A DNA stretch of 64,000 nucleotides, from the NCBI RefSeq assembly GCF_009914755.1, contig NC_060937.1. One strand, written 5' to 3'. A program made the position numbers and the translations under genes. The stretch comes from the human T2T-CHM13v2.0 reference genome, Homo sapiens. Below the pieces are notes generated by a model. That model worked only from the letters and a program-made list of their open reading frames with translations, did no database searches and was not told where the DNA came from. Shown one piece after another: positions 12,891 to 29,385 of this stretch; position 1 is the stretch's first letter, and each line of letters starts with the position of its first letter.

Positions 12891-14118
12891 CTAAATCAAT
12901 TCCACAGTGTTTCATGATAAATTAGCCATATTTTGAAAGAAAGAAAAACCATATTTTCGTGTTCCTAGTAAAATTAATTAGCAAGGTATATAGTAAATAT
13001 TCAACAAATGTTTACTAAACAAATAAATCCATAGAGTTTTAAAACTAGAGCTATGTTAGATAAAAACAGAAATGTTTTCATTTCTTCTCCATGTTAACAG
13101 TGTCAAGCACTGGTCATAAGGCAACTTAATTTTATCTAGACTTTCTGACTTCAATAGTATTCCACTTCAGCTCCATTCTACAGTGCTCTCAAGCTTTTCT
13201 CATTCATGCCCTGTTTTAAGTGTACAACATTCTTAACCAGCTCCCTAAATCTGCTCCTAGTATTTTGTAGTCAATACCAAAATGACCACTTCTGTTTCAC
13301 GCAGATCAAAGCAAAGAATAAGAAAGAGTGGCAGTTAAAACTTTTTGGACTCCATTCTTTCATTTCAGCAGGGCAACGTCAGCACCTCACTTCACAGAAG
13401 CTCTGTGAGAGTACCACTTCTCAAGTTCCCACTCAGAAGCAGGTCCCCAGATCTGCTCCACTCTGATGTCTCACCTCTGGGGCATTTAGGAATTTATGGT
13501 TGAACAGAGGTGAATGCTAACTATCACCACTCTAATGAAGTCTTTATGTAGCAAATGCTCATAAAAATAAGAAATGCTAACATGAAAATGTTTTAAGCTA
13601 ATAAAGAACATTAAATAAAAACTGAGCATCAGGTATAATTATTCATACTTATATTGACTTAAAAGGTGAATTCAGAAAAGGTAAAATGGAAAAATAAACC
13701 AATTAATTTTGACATTTGTTATAGGTCTGATAAAACCAGGATAAAAAAAGATTTTGAAATCAACTAATAAAATGAAATTTGGATTTACTGTATTGGATTT
13801 ACTGTATTTACTCCTTGCTGTGGCAAGGAGAGCCCAAATGCATAAATGAGATTTACTTAAAGTTATCAATAACTAATTAAGACCTAAAATAAATGTGCCT
13901 GGTTTCAGGGTACCTGTTCAATTTTTTAGGTCAGTATATTAGTTGTTGACAATGTATCAGGTCTTCTATTTTAATTTGGCTATGATAAAAATTAATATTA
14001 TGAGTAAAATAGCTCTTTTATTTAAAGAAAAGTAAATTAAAATGTAATAATTTATCTAAAGAAATAACACCAATAAAATAAAATGGGAGAATAAAAAGTA
14101 TTTGGAGGACTCATTTGA

Positions 14119-14435
<317 letters not shown>

Positions 14436-14475
14436 TTGAGCACCAAACATTTTTCTAGAAATATTTTCTAAAATT

Positions 14476-16478
14476 CTAGGCATCCAAATAAGAAAAGAAG
14501 AAGTCAAACCATCTCTTCACGCTTATGATACTATAGGTTGAAAACCCAAAGACTCGACCCAAAGGTTCCTGGAACTGATGAACAACTTCAGCAAAGTTTC
14601 AGGATACAATATCGAAGTACAATAATCAATAGGATTCCTATACACCAATAACATTCAAGCAGAGAGCCAAATCAAGAACGTAATCCCATTTACAATAGCC
14701 ACCAAAAAATAAAATAAAATACCTAGGAGTACATCTAACCAAGGAGGTGAAAGATCTCTACAAGAAGAGCTACACAACACAGAAAGAAATCATACATGAC
14801 ATAAACAAATGGAAAAACATGCCACATGCATGGATTGGAATAATCAATATCATTAAAATGGCCATACTGCCCAAAGTAATCTATAGATTCAACACTATTC
14901 CTGTCAAACTACCAATGTAACTTTTCACAGGATTGGAGAAAAAAAAAACTATTCTAAAATTCATATGTAAACAAAAAAGAGCCCAAATAGCCAAAGTAAT
15001 TCTAAGCAAAAAGAACAACGCCAGAGTCGTCACATTACCCAACTTCAAACTATACCATAAGACTACAGTAATCAAAACTGTATGGTACTGGTTCAAAAAC
15101 AAACACATAAACCAAGGAACAGAATAGAGAACCCAGAAATAAAGCCACTCATCTACAGCCATATAATCTTTGACAAAATCGACAAAAATAAGCAATGGGG
15201 AAAGGACTTCCTATCCAATAAGTGGTGCTGGGATAGCTGGTTAGCTACATGCAGAAGAATGAAACTGGACCCCTACCTTTCACTGTATACAAAAATCAGC
15301 TAAAGATGACTTAACAATTTAAAAGTAAGACCTTAAACTATAAGAATCCTAAAAGAAAACCTAGGAAACACCATTATGAACATGGGCCTTGGGAAAGAAT
15401 TTGTGATTAAGTCCTCAAAAGCAATTGCAACAAAAACAAAATTGACAAGTGGAACCTAATTAAACTAAGGAGCTTCTGCACAGCAAAAGAAACTATCAAC
15501 AGAGTAAATAGACAACCTACAGAATAGAAGAAAATATTTGCAAACTATGCATCCAACAAAGGTCTAATATCCAGACTCTATAAGGAACTTAACTGAACAA
15601 GAAAAAACAACCCAAATTTTAAAGTGGACAAAAGATAGAAAGAGACACTTCTCAAAAGAAGACATACAAGCAGCCAACAAATATATAAAAGAATACTCAT
15701 CATCACTAATTATCAGAGAACTACAAATCAAAACCACAATGAGACACCATCTCACACGAGTCAGAATGGCTATTACTAAAAAGTCAAAAAACAAATATTG
15801 GCGAGGCTGCAGAGAAAAGGGAATGCTTATGTAGTGTTGGCGGAAATGTAATGTAAATTAGTTCAACCACTGTAGAAAGCAGTTTGGATATTTCTCAAAG
15901 AACTTAGAACTACTGTTCAACCCAGCAATCCCATTACTGGGTATATATCCAAAAGAAAACAAACCATTCTACCAAAAAGACACATATACTCACATGTTCA
16001 TCCCAGCACTATTCACAATAGCAAAGTCATGGAATCAACCTAGGTGCCCATCAGTGGTGGTCTGGATAAAGAAAATGTGGTACATATACACCATGGGATA
16101 CTATGCAGCCATAAAAAAGAATGAAATCATGTCCATGCAACATGGATGCAGCTGGAGGCTACTATCCTAAGCAAATTACATAGGGATAGAAAACCAATTA
16201 CATAGGGATAGAAAACCAAATTCTGCATGTTCTCACTTATAAGTGGGAGCTAAACATTGGGTACTCATGGACATAAAGATAGCAACAATAGATACTGGGA
16301 GCTACTACAGTGGGGGTAAGAAAGGAGGGAAGCAAGGCTTGAAAAACTAACTACTGGGTATTATGCTCAATACCTGGGTGACGGGATCATTCATATCCCA
16401 AACCTCAACATCACACAACATATCCAGGTAACAAACCTGCACATGTACCACCTGAATCTAAAATAAAAGTTGAAAAAA
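14476..16478 (+). mobile_element. 5'-truncated older primate L1 (L1PA16/L1PB-like) with decayed ORF2 3' part and 3'UTR
   Basis: ORF2-like fragments ([19 protein letters not shown]; [10 protein letters not shown]); 3' end cctgaatctaaaataaaagttgaaaaaaa. Confidence 0.9.
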
Positions 16479-16577
16479 ATTATCCCTACAGCCTGTGAAA
16501 TAATTTCATGAAACATGCTATTAAGATATATGCATTTTCTGATACCTACTAATGGAAATTTAGACTTAATGGCATAC

Positions 16578-16646
16578 CTCTTCCTCTTGGAGGATGTTTT
16601 CATCAGAAATACATTTGTCTAAATTAATTTCAAATTTTACCCCCTT
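16578..16646 (-). CDS. NEK5: NEK5 coding exon (KGVKFEINLDKCISDENILQEEE)
   Basis: cctag|AAGGGG...GAAGAG|gtatgc; 69 nt, phase 0-0. Confidence 0.93.
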
Positions 16647-16882
16647 CTAGGAGAAAGCAAAAAAAAAAAAAAAGTTTAGCAATTCAGTAAAAGCCTTAAA
16701 ATTACAACTCCCTAGGTCAATTTTGTTTGACATTATAGATTCTTAAAACCATTGGTCTCATATCACAAAATAGAGCAATTCTATAAAATACTAGGGGGAA
16801 AATCATGCAGGCAACCGAGATCACAAGGTGGCTCCCCAGCCAGCTATTTAATATGGAACCCAAAGACAAAAGTATTTCTTAC

Positions 16883-16963
16883 CTTAGCTTTATATTTCTG
16901 TTCTGGATTTTTACTTTCCTTTGTGTTCTGAAGCCTCATTTGTTTCAAGTCTTTTTCAATGTC
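16883..16963 (-). CDS. NEK5: NEK5 coding exon (DIEKDLKQMRLQNTKESKNPEQKYKAK)
   Basis: ttcag|GACATT...GCTAAG|gtaaga; 81 nt, phase 0-0. Confidence 0.93.
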
Positions 16964-18439
16964 CTGAAAATTTAGAGAAAAATACAATTCTCTCACTGTA
17001 TGTTTACATGAGTTGATTTCTGCGTTAAATCTGATGATTGATTTAATAACAAAAACAAGCTTTTATAATGGAAAGTTAATAATAATTAACTAAAAACTTG
17101 GGCAGAGTATCCATTAACTTGAAATATTAATACATTTAACACTTGCACTTCAGTGGGTGGAATTCTATAATGTGACAATACTTATCACTCCAGTCCACTC
17201 CAGTCCAACCCAATTCAATTCAAGAATGTAATTTTGACTACAGGATCTTTCCCTTAAGAGGCTTATGATCTTAATCAGGAAAATAAGCAAAGTGCGCAAC
17301 TCATGACGGTATAAAGGAAGGAGAGGGCTCTGAAAATTGGTAGGCAATTTCAAGTAGGAAGAGAAGAAAACTAAAAGTGGATGACAAGAATTTCAAAGGC
17401 ACAACTGAGATGTGAACTCCATATTCGGAGGTTTCTTAGCATCCTATCTTGGGCCATCTGCTCTTCTATTCCCTAATACAAGGGGTTTCATTCATTCCTA
17501 TGGATTTAAATGCCACTGTTAAGCAGAGACTCTTAAATGTGTATCTTCAGGCTTCACTTTTCCTCTCCTCTGAGCTCCAGACTCACATATCCAACTGCCT
17601 ACTTAGCATTATCTTCATCTTAATATTCACTCCACAAATTCACACTGAGCACTCCCCAGGGGCCAGAAACCCTCAAAATGGGTTAGCACAGTGGACATGA
17701 CCAGAAAGGTCCCTGCTGACACGAAAATTACATTTTACTGGAGTAGGATAGGTAATAAATGAGTTAACGAATGACATAATTTCAGAAAGTGTTAAGTGCT
17801 ATCAAGGGAACAAAATAGGATAACAGGACAGAAAATGAGTAGGGAGTGAGAGTAATACAGGCAAAGCTTATCTGGCAATCAATTTAAGCCCTGGAATGAT
17901 ATTGGACCTTGGCATATGCCAGTCTGGGGAGAGCATTTTCCATGCAGAGGGAACAGTGGGGTAAAGGCTCCAGAGCAGGTATGTAAACTCTCACAACTTC
18001 TCTAACTCAATGTCCAAATGGAACTCTTGAGTGCCCTCCACCCCTCTCCAGCAGTGGGCACTGAAAACGTATGCTTTCAGCCAAGACAGAGTATCAGAAA
18101 CCAGATTTAATTCCGCACCTGAAACAACCAAAGAGCCAAATCAAACATATAATAGATAAATGGTTTTTAATACATTAGACATCCAGCAATGAAAGACAGT
18201 AATCCCTAAGAAACAGAAAACCAATGAGACAAGCCCTGCAACTGCCCCAGCCTCCTGTCTTGAGAGAGTTTGCAAGCCATGGTGCGGGGATGGGGAACTG
18301 AAGAGGTGCAGGGATGGAAACCGAAGATGAGTGTGGCCAACTCCCTGAGTTGATAAGACAAGGCTTGGGGGGTATTAAGGTGCTAGAGTCTGAAAGACAA
18401 AGACCCAAAGAGGAGAGAGCTGCACAGAGAGAACTGAAA

Positions 18440-19415
<976 letters not shown>

Positions 19416-20106
19416 TTTTTTTTAAAGAGATGGCGGACTCAAGTCCTAATCTGTGGCAGTACATTGGAGTAGTGAGCAAGAGACTGCACACCAGCCTAGA
19501 GTTCCTGCCTCAAGATCCCAGACTCCATGGCTACACAGTTAATCAGTCTTCACAGGGCCAAGAGGGCCTTTCAGATGACATGACCCTGGAGAGCTTGACA
19601 GCACACTAAGGTTGAATGTCCCACCCACTGGAGTAGATTGGGGTTGGAATCTGAGATCGTTGTATTTTAAGGAAAGTAAAGTAATGGAGCACTTATTGTA
19701 CAATTGAGATGACCAGACTATCCAAGCAAATCAGACAACCAACTTCACAAATATAAGTAAGATAGATAAGTCATAGTCCTGATTTCAGACTTCATACTAC
19801 TGCAAGGCAGAAAAACCCTTCCCAAGTTTGCAGGGCAAATAGCTAATAATGCTTCAAACTGACACAGGCTGGTGTATGAAGTACTTGGAAATGCTGTGGA
19901 AATACAGATGAGGCAGTTATTAATTCTAAGGGAGAAAGAGAAAAAAGCTGTGCTAGAAACTTCACCAGGAGGTCTGATAGATGTGTTCTGCAAGAAGAGA
20001 AGAGAGGGAAGGGATATTTCAGTAGAGAAATAAGCATTTTACAAAAGCCTGGAGGTTAAAAGGAAGATGTCTTTTTAAATAAGTAGGGCTTTAAAAAGTA
20101 ATCTGA

Positions 20107-21832
20107 TCCCTCTCCCTCTCCCTCTCCCTCTCCCTCTCCCTCTCCCTCTCCCCTCTTTCCACGGTCTCCCTCTGATGCCGAGCCGAAGCTGGACTGTACT
20201 GCTGCCATCTCGGCTCACTGCAACTTCCCTGCCTGATTCTCCTGCCTCAGCCTGCCGAGTGCCTGCGATTGCAGGGGCGCACCGCCACGCCTGACTGGTT
20301 TTCGTATTTTTTTGGTGGAGACGGGGTTTCGCTGTGTTGGCCGGGCTGGTCTCCAGCTCCTAACAGCGAGTGATCCGCCAGCCTCAGCCTCCCGAGGTGC
20401 CGGGATTGCAGACGGAGTCTGGTTCACTCAGTGCTCAATGGTGCCCAGGCTGGAGCGCAGTGGCGTGATCTCGGCTGGCTACAACCTCCACCTCCCACCC
20501 GCCTGCCTTGGCCTCCCAAAGTGCCGAGATTGCAGCCTCTGCCCGGCCGCCACCCCGTCTGGGAAGTGAGGAGCGTCTCTGCCCGGCCGCCCATCGTCTG
20601 GGACGTGAGGAGCCCCTCTGCCTGGCTGCCCAGTCTGGAAAGTGAGGAGCGTCTCTGCCCCGCCGCCATCCCATCTAGGAAGTGAGGAGCGTCTCTGCCC
20701 GGCCGCCCATCGTCTGAGATGTGGGGAGCGCCTTTGCCCCGCCGCCCCGTCTGGGATGTGAGGAGCGCCTCTACCCGGCCGCGACCCTGTCTGGGAGGTG
20801 AGGAGCGTCTCTGCCCGGCCGCCCCATCTGAGAAGCGAGGAGACCCTCCGCCTGGCAACCGCCCCGTCTAAGAAGTGAGGAGCCCCTCCGCCCGGCAGCC
20901 GCCCGGTCTGAGAAGTGAGGAGCCTATCCGCCCGGCAGCCACCCCGTCTGGGAGGTGAGGAGCGTCTCCGCCCGGCAGCCACCCCGTCCAGGAGGGAGGT
21001 GGGGGTCAGCCCCCGCCAGGCCAGCCGCCCCGTCCGGGAGGGAGGTGGGGGGGGGTCAGCCCCCCGCCCGGCCAGCCGCCCCATCCGGGAGGGAGGTGGG
21101 GGGGGGTCAGCCCCCCGCCCGGCCAGCCGCCTCGTCCGGGAGGTGAGGGGCGCCTCTGCCCGGCCGCCCCTACTGGGAAGTGAGAAGCCCCTCTGCCCGG
21201 CCACCACCCCGTCTGGGAGGTGTACCCAACAGCTCATTGAGAACGGGCCATGATGACAATGGCGGTTTTGTGGAATAGAAAGAGGGGAAAGGCGGGGAAA
21301 AGATTGAGAAATCGGATGGTTGCCGTGTCTGTGTAGAAAGAGGTAGACATGGGAGACTTTTCATTTTGTTCTATAGTAAGAAAAATTCTTCTGCCTTGTG
21401 ATCCTGTTGATCTGTGACCTTACCCCCAACCCTGTGCCCTCTGAAACATGTGCTGTGTCCACTCAGGGTTAAATGGATTAAGGGCGGTGCAAGATGTGCT
21501 TTGTTAAACAGATGCTTGAAGGCAGCATGCTCGTTAAGAGTCATCACCACTCCCTAATCTCAAGTACCCAGGGACACAAACACTGCGGAAGGCCGCAGGG
21601 TCCTCTGCCTAGGAAAACCAGAGACCTTTGTTCACTTGTTTGTCTGCTGACCTTCCCTCCACTGTTGTCCTATGACCCTGCCAAATACCCCTCTGCGAGA
21701 AACACCCAAGAATGATCAATTAAAAAAAAAAAAAAAAATGGTTAGGGTGGTAAAGGCGATGTTATATGTATTTTACCACAGTGAAAAAAATCACTTAAAG
21801 AAATAAAAAATATGTCATTTAAAAAAAAAAAA
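20107..21832 (+). mobile_element. Full-length SVA (SVA_D-like) with a 3' transduced segment, antisense to NEK5
   Basis: (CCCTCT)n, Alu-like, VNTR, SINE-R, poly-A 21722-21738, 82 extra bp, second poly-A; TSD aaaa(a/g)gtaatctga at 20093-20106 / 21829-21842. Confidence 0.96.
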
Positions 21833-22197
21833 GGTAATCTGAGACATTTAGAGCTTTGGGTATGTTTGGGGGAAATGTGAGCAATGAGGCTGGAACATTC
21901 TGTTAGGAACAACTCACAAAAGTCTAGCATGCCATGCTAAGAGAAATGGCAGTCGCCATTGATTGTCGTGTAGAGAAATAATGTTCAAATCAGTATTTTG
22001 GAAAGATAACTCTACAAGTAGAGACTTTTTTAAAGTGTCTTATTATATAGCTGCATATTCCCTTCAAAAAAGATAATTAAAACCTAAATCCAAAAATTAG
22101 ACAAATTAAGTGATAATTATTTCCTTTACAAAAGTTTGCAAAGGTATCTGCTGCTGGATTGCTCTGGAGGAGCCTTCAGGAAATATCAGATGCCTTT

Positions 22198-22315
22198 TCT
22201 TTTTTTTTAGAGATGGGGTCTCACTATATTACCAAGGCTGGTCTCAAACTCCTGAGCTCAAGGGATCCTCGGCCTCCTAAATAGCTGGAACTATAGTCTC
22301 GTGCCACCATTTCTG
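22198..22315 (-). mobile_element. Alu monomer (FLAM-like)
   Basis: Left-arm Alu; TSD-like tcagatg.ctttt. Confidence 0.8.
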
Positions 22316-22865
22316 TCTTTCAGATGGCTTTTTTGTTTGAAGATATTGATTAGAGTGCTGACAGAACTAAGGAACGGATACTTTATTATACATATTTGTA
22401 GTAAAAGTTCTGTAACCTTCTTATAAAAAATCTAAAAAGTAGAGAGACAATAATCATTCCTACTCACACCAATCCAGATACCACCAATTACCACCATTGG
22501 CATTTTGGTGTGTTTTCTTTCAAAGTTACTCCTCTTGCATAAAATATACAAGATTTTATTCACCCAATTCCTGATACAAACTTTTTGAGGCTTCCAGTGG
22601 TTTATTTTTAATTACCTGACTTATTAAAAACTTTAAGGCACTGGATTTACTCTAACCAGGTTAAAAAATGTGAGAGAAAAACATGTCTGTAACATCTGAG
22701 CCGTGTTTTTATGGAATGTGACTGTGATCCTACTGGCACCTTTAAATGACAAGTTTATAATACCTTGAGGATTTTCCATTTCTAGTTGACTCTGGACCAA
22801 GCTCTAATAATAAATATAATTTAAAACACAGAGAATTACTCTAATTATAAAGATAATAATAATTC

Positions 22866-23289
<424 letters not shown>

Positions 23290-23702
23290 TTATGTAACCA
23301 TAAAAGCATTGTTTATCAGGTCATTTCACAGGTTTAATAATTCTCAGAATTGGTTGAAATCAACAGATTCATCTTGTATTATAATTGCATTATCTTTTCT
23401 CAGAAGGGAAAAAAACTCTCTTGAGATTTATTTGTTATTTCAACTCTGCCCAGGCTCTTACCTCCACCAAAAACATAAGGTTGAAATGGAAGAGAACTTG
23501 ACTCAGATTTCCTGACCAATGTGTCTGATACACTGACTTAGACCCTCCAGAGAGTGGAACGTTCTTATACTAAATAGCAGCAGTTCTCAAACTTGGCTGC
23601 TTACTAAATCACCCAGCAAGCTTCTGCAGACAGAATGCCTGGGCCTCATCCCAGACCATCTGGGGCAGAGAGAGGCATCTGAGTTTTTAAAAGTTCTGGT
23701 AA

Positions 23703-23993
23703 AAAGGCGGTGGCTCATGCCTATAATCCCAGCATTTTAGGAGGCCGAGGCTGGTGGATCACGAGGTCAAGAGATAAAGACCATCCTGGCCAACATGGTG
23801 AAATCCTGTCTCTACTAAAAATACAAAAATTAGCTGGGCATGGTGGCGCATGCCTGTAGTCCCAGCTACTCGGGAGCCTGAAGCAGGAAATCACTTGAAC
23901 CCAGGAGGCAGACACTGCAGTGAGCCAAGATCGCACGACTGCACTCCAACCTGGCGACAGAGTGAGACTCCGTCTCATAGAAAAAAAAAAAAA
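23703..23993 (+). mobile_element. AluS inside a MER5-like hAT relic (~23578-24030)
   Basis: Alu consensus; flanks cagcagttctcaaacttggctgc... and ...gtaagagccact. Confidence 0.88.
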
Positions 23994-24091
23994 GTTCCCT
24001 ACGTGGTTCTGCTGCACAGAGAAGGGTAAGAGCCACTTGGGGTAGAGCACACACACTGCAAGCACACACATCTGATCATAGCCATCATTAC

Positions 24092-24184
24092 CTGCACAGG
24101 TGCTTCTCCCTCAGATGCATCTTGATGGACAGGCAGGTTACTCTTCTTCACCAAATAGGTTTTATGACTTATTTTTGAGTTCTC
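24092..24184 (-). CDS. NEK5: NEK5 coding exon ([31 protein letters not shown])
   Basis: taaag|GAGAAC...GTGCAG|gtaatg; 93 nt, phase 0-0. Confidence 0.92.
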
Positions 24185-24251
24185 CTTTAACACAAATTAT
24201 ACACAGTCAACAAGATTGGTTCTGAGTGAGCTCTGAAGGCTACTTGGCTGA

Positions 24252-24667
<416 letters not shown>

Positions 24668-25067
24668 AATGTCTGCTATCCATTTTTGCAGGGCTCAGGC
24701 TGCCCATCCCAGATCAGCCTTAGACATAAGGCTGATGATGGCTCCAGGCTGCCCATGAGCCAGGCCTCTGCTCCAGAGAGAACAACCTCCAGGCTGCCCC
24801 TCCCAGCACACACAGTCCTCTGTCCCAACCTTTGCATGGTTCTTTCAGAATGCCCACTCTCCTCCTTTAACTCTGCCTCTCCAAATTCCACTCTTTAGGC
24901 CCCACCCACTTCTTCCATAAATACCCGCTACCTGCTCATTCTGCTCATCTTGGCTCCTGTGCACCTACAGGGCTTACTCTATGATTGTTTTATACATGTG
25001 TCTCGTCATTCCAACCATTTATAAGTAGAACTGCATATGCCAGAAAGAATAGTGGTTATAATTGTAT

Positions 25068-25560
25068 TTTTTTATTTTTTGGGACAGGGCCTCCCTCTGT
25101 TGCCCAGGCTGGAGTGCAGTGGAAAAATCACAGTTCACAGCAGCTTCAACCTCAGCCTCCCAACTCAGCCTCCTGAGTAGCTGGGACTACAAGCATTTGC
25201 CACCATGACCCACTAATTTTTTAAATTTTTTGTACATATGGAGTCTCATTATGTTGCCCAGGCCGGTCTCAAACTCCTGGGCTCAAGCGATCCTTCTGCC
25301 TTGGCCTCCCAAAATGCTAGGATTACAGGCATGAACATGAGTAGGGGTTTTAGAGTCAGATTTTCATTTTATTTTACTTTATTTTTTTGAGACCGAGTCT
25401 TGCTCTGTATCCCAGGCTGGGGTACAGTGGCACAATCATGGCTCACTGCAGCCTTTAGCTCCTAGCTCAAGCAATCCTTCTGCTTTAGCCTCCCAAGTAG
25501 CTAGGACTACAGGTGCAAACCACCATGTCCGGCTAATTTAAAGAGAGAGAGAGAGAGAGA

Positions 25561-25650
<90 letters not shown>

Positions 25651-25788
25651 AGAGCTAGGGTTTCCCTATGTTGCCCAGGCTGGTCTCAAACTCCTAGGCT
25701 CAAGCAATCCTCCCACCTCAGCCTTTCAAATTGCTGGGATTACAGGCATGAGCTACCGTGCCCAGCCTAGAGTCAGATATTTAAATAT
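25068..25788 (-). mobile_element. Two tandem AluJ elements; the second has a microsatellite-expanded linker
   Basis: AluJ-type ggctcaagc motifs. Confidence 0.88.
25542..25648. repeat. Compound (GA)n(GT)n microsatellite
   Basis: Direct reading. Confidence 0.97.
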
Positions 25789-25872
25789 TTCGTCTGCCTT
25801 GTAATAGCTACGTGACTTTGGATGAGCTACTTAACTTCTCTGTACAGGGGTAAATAAAAGAAAGTATGAACG

Positions 25873-26231
25873 TGATATGGTTTGGCTCTGTATCCCCACC
25901 CAAATCTCACCTTGAATTGTAATAATCCTCATTTGTCAAGGGTGGGGCCAGGTGGAGATAACTGAATCATCGGGGTGGTTTCTCCCATACTATTTTAATG
26001 GTAGTGAGTAAGTCTCACAAGATCTGATGGTTTTGTAAATAGGAGTTCCCCTACACAAGCTCTCTTGCCTGCCTTCATGTAAGGCATGACTTTGCTCCTC
26101 CTTTGCCTTCTGCCATGATTGTGAGGCCTCCCCAGCCATGTGAAACTGTGCGTCTATTACACCTCTTTTTCTTTATAAATTACCCAGTCTTGGGTATGTC
26201 TTTATTAGCAGTATGAGAGCAGACTAATACA
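25873..26231 (+). mobile_element. THE1/MST (ERVL-MaLR) solo LTR
   Basis: tgatatggtttggctctg...agactaataca. Confidence 0.9.
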
Positions 26232-27108
26232 GTATGTGAAAGCTCTAGTTCATGGCCTGGCAAACACAACTGAATTGCACCATACATTCATTTGACTTAT
26301 ATGAATTTATCTGTATGCACTGCGGTGGGAGAAAGAGAGAGAGAGATCAATTTCAGCAGCATGGTAGCTCTACTCAATGAGTGTGTGGCCAAGTGCATGT
26401 GGGATGGGAGACAGCTGTCTCAGTGCCTGCAAGCTTCTCCTAGGAGAGCATTCCAGGGCACTGAGTGTGTTCCTAGTGTTTCAATAGCCATGTGTCTTTC
26501 TTACAACATGGTTTCCAAACACAGGCTGGCTATTTCATGTGAAGCTCTTCTGAAGAAGCAGTGATCTGTGCCAACTCTAGAGACCTTCTTGGGAGATGGA
26601 AGGATGAATTTCCAATGTGGCGCCTTTAAGAGATTTTTAAGAATCAGTTCAACTGCACTCAGATTTTGCCTTAAATAGCCTTTAGAACCTTACCCTGCAG
26701 AGAGTTGAAAAAATGCTAGTGTGTTGGGTTTGTTTTTTTCCCACCTTCTGGGCATGAACTTACACTCATTTTGGACTTTCTGCATCTAATCCAGCTCTGG
26801 TCTAAAGTTGCCACTCAATAAATATGTATTGAGTGATTCATGAAGGAAACAATCAATAAGTACTTTTAATAATAGCCATTCCTGAGAATCTCAGATATCC
26901 TTATTATCTTGTGTAGTCTCTCATAAACCATAATAAACTGAAGCTCCAATGAGGTCTGACAGCTTTCCTATTAAAAAAGAAGTCTACATGATTATCTCTA
27001 TGATAAAACTTTATCTTTTCTATAAGGAAATCATTACTTTTAATACCAGCTCAATTTAGTTAGCTCTAAATCGATAGAACAATGTTTCCCCTAGAAGAAT
27101 GAATTTAC

Positions 27109-27195
27109 CTCTGGTTCTCTCCCCATCTTCTTTCTAATTTCTTTCATGTCATTGTGGTACTGTTGGCGTATTTCCTCTAACTGCTTCCAATATTC
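27109..27195 (-). CDS. NEK5: NEK5 coding exon (EYWKQLEEIRQQYHNDMKEIRKKMGREPE), coiled-coil-like
   Basis: tccag|GAATAT...CCAGAG|gtaaat; 87 nt, phase 0-0. Confidence 0.94.
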
Positions 27196-27471
27196 CTGGA
27201 AAGCAAACCCAATCCAGAAACTTTAAATGTTTATGAACACCATAACAAAAATAATCTTTCTGCAGCCTACAATTTCAAAAGTGTGTAATATAAAATAAGG
27301 TTAGAAAAATATGTTGCTCCTAAAGATGATAATCTGCCTTATGTTTTGGCTGCAGTACTTCACTCCCTGTGAGACAGTGGCTTTAGCTACAGAGCTCAAT
27401 TTTATATATAACCCAAATGTGTTCATGATGTACACTTACTTTATAAATCCCACTTTTATATATAACCCTCT

Positions 27472-27925
27472 TATGCACTGAAGTTTGTTCCTCCCCAAAA
27501 AGAGATATGTTGAAGTCCTAACCCCCAGTGCCTTAGAATGTGACCCCATTTGAAAACAGGGTCGCTGCAGATGAGACTACTTAAGATGAGATCATACCAG
27601 TGGGCCCTTAGTTCAATATGACTGATGTCCTTGCAAGAAGATGGCCATGTGAAGACAGGGACACACAGGAAGAACAGCATGTGATGAAGGCAGAGAATGG
27701 AGTGATGCGACTGCAAGTAAAGAAATGCCAAAGATTGCCAGTGACGCACCAGAAGCTAGGAAGAGGCAAGGAAGGATTCCCCTACAGGTTTCAGAGGGCA
27801 CTTGGTCCTGCTGACACCTTGATTTTCTATTTCCACTCTTCCAGAATTGTGAGACAATACATTTCTATTGTGTTAAGCCACCTAGTTTGTTGAACTCTGT
27901 TACAGCAGCCCAGGAAACTAATACA
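27472..27925 (+). mobile_element. MLT1 (MLT1B/C-like) solo LTR
   Basis: gatatgttgaagtcctaacccc...gttacagcagcccaggaaactaataca. Confidence 0.85.
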
Positions 27926-28169
27926 AATCCCAAACCTGTTACTGATGGACAGTTACTCTATGAATCTCAAGGTGAAAAGCTTTATGAACTTAGCCATATC
28001 GCATTATCTGAGAAAGTGAAATACCTAACTCTGTATCCCCTATAACACTCAGCATGGTGTTGACATATTCAGGGGCACTGTAGGAAATAGAAGTAACTCC
28101 CTATTACAGTACAAAAGACAGTAATACAAAGAAATACAAGGGTAGCCCTGGAATTAAACAGTTTTTAAC

Positions 28170-28286
28170 CTGTTCCTTCATTTCGTTTTTCCTAAATGGC
28201 AGCTCCTGGAATCTAGGCTCTTCTCCATTACTTCTTAGCTCTTGTCTCTGGTTGTAATTTGGCTCGGCAGAAGATGGACGAAGACC
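28170..28286 (-). CDS. NEK5: NEK5 coding exon (GLRPSSAEPNYNQRQELRSNGEEPRFQELPFRKNEMKEQ)
   Basis: aatag|GGTCTT...GAACAG|gttaaa; 117 nt, phase 0-0. Confidence 0.93.
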
Positions 28287-28454
28287 CTATTTATTGAATG
28301 AAATAATTTATAATGCATACTTTGATTTCGGAAACATCTTCTGATTTGACATTGACTTTTTCCTATAAATAAGAATTATATCACTAAGCAAACTCAGTAT
28401 TTGGGAGTTTTTTTTGTGGTAAGTAGTAGAATTTTCTTAATTATAAAGCATTAA

Positions 28455-29385
<931 letters not shown>

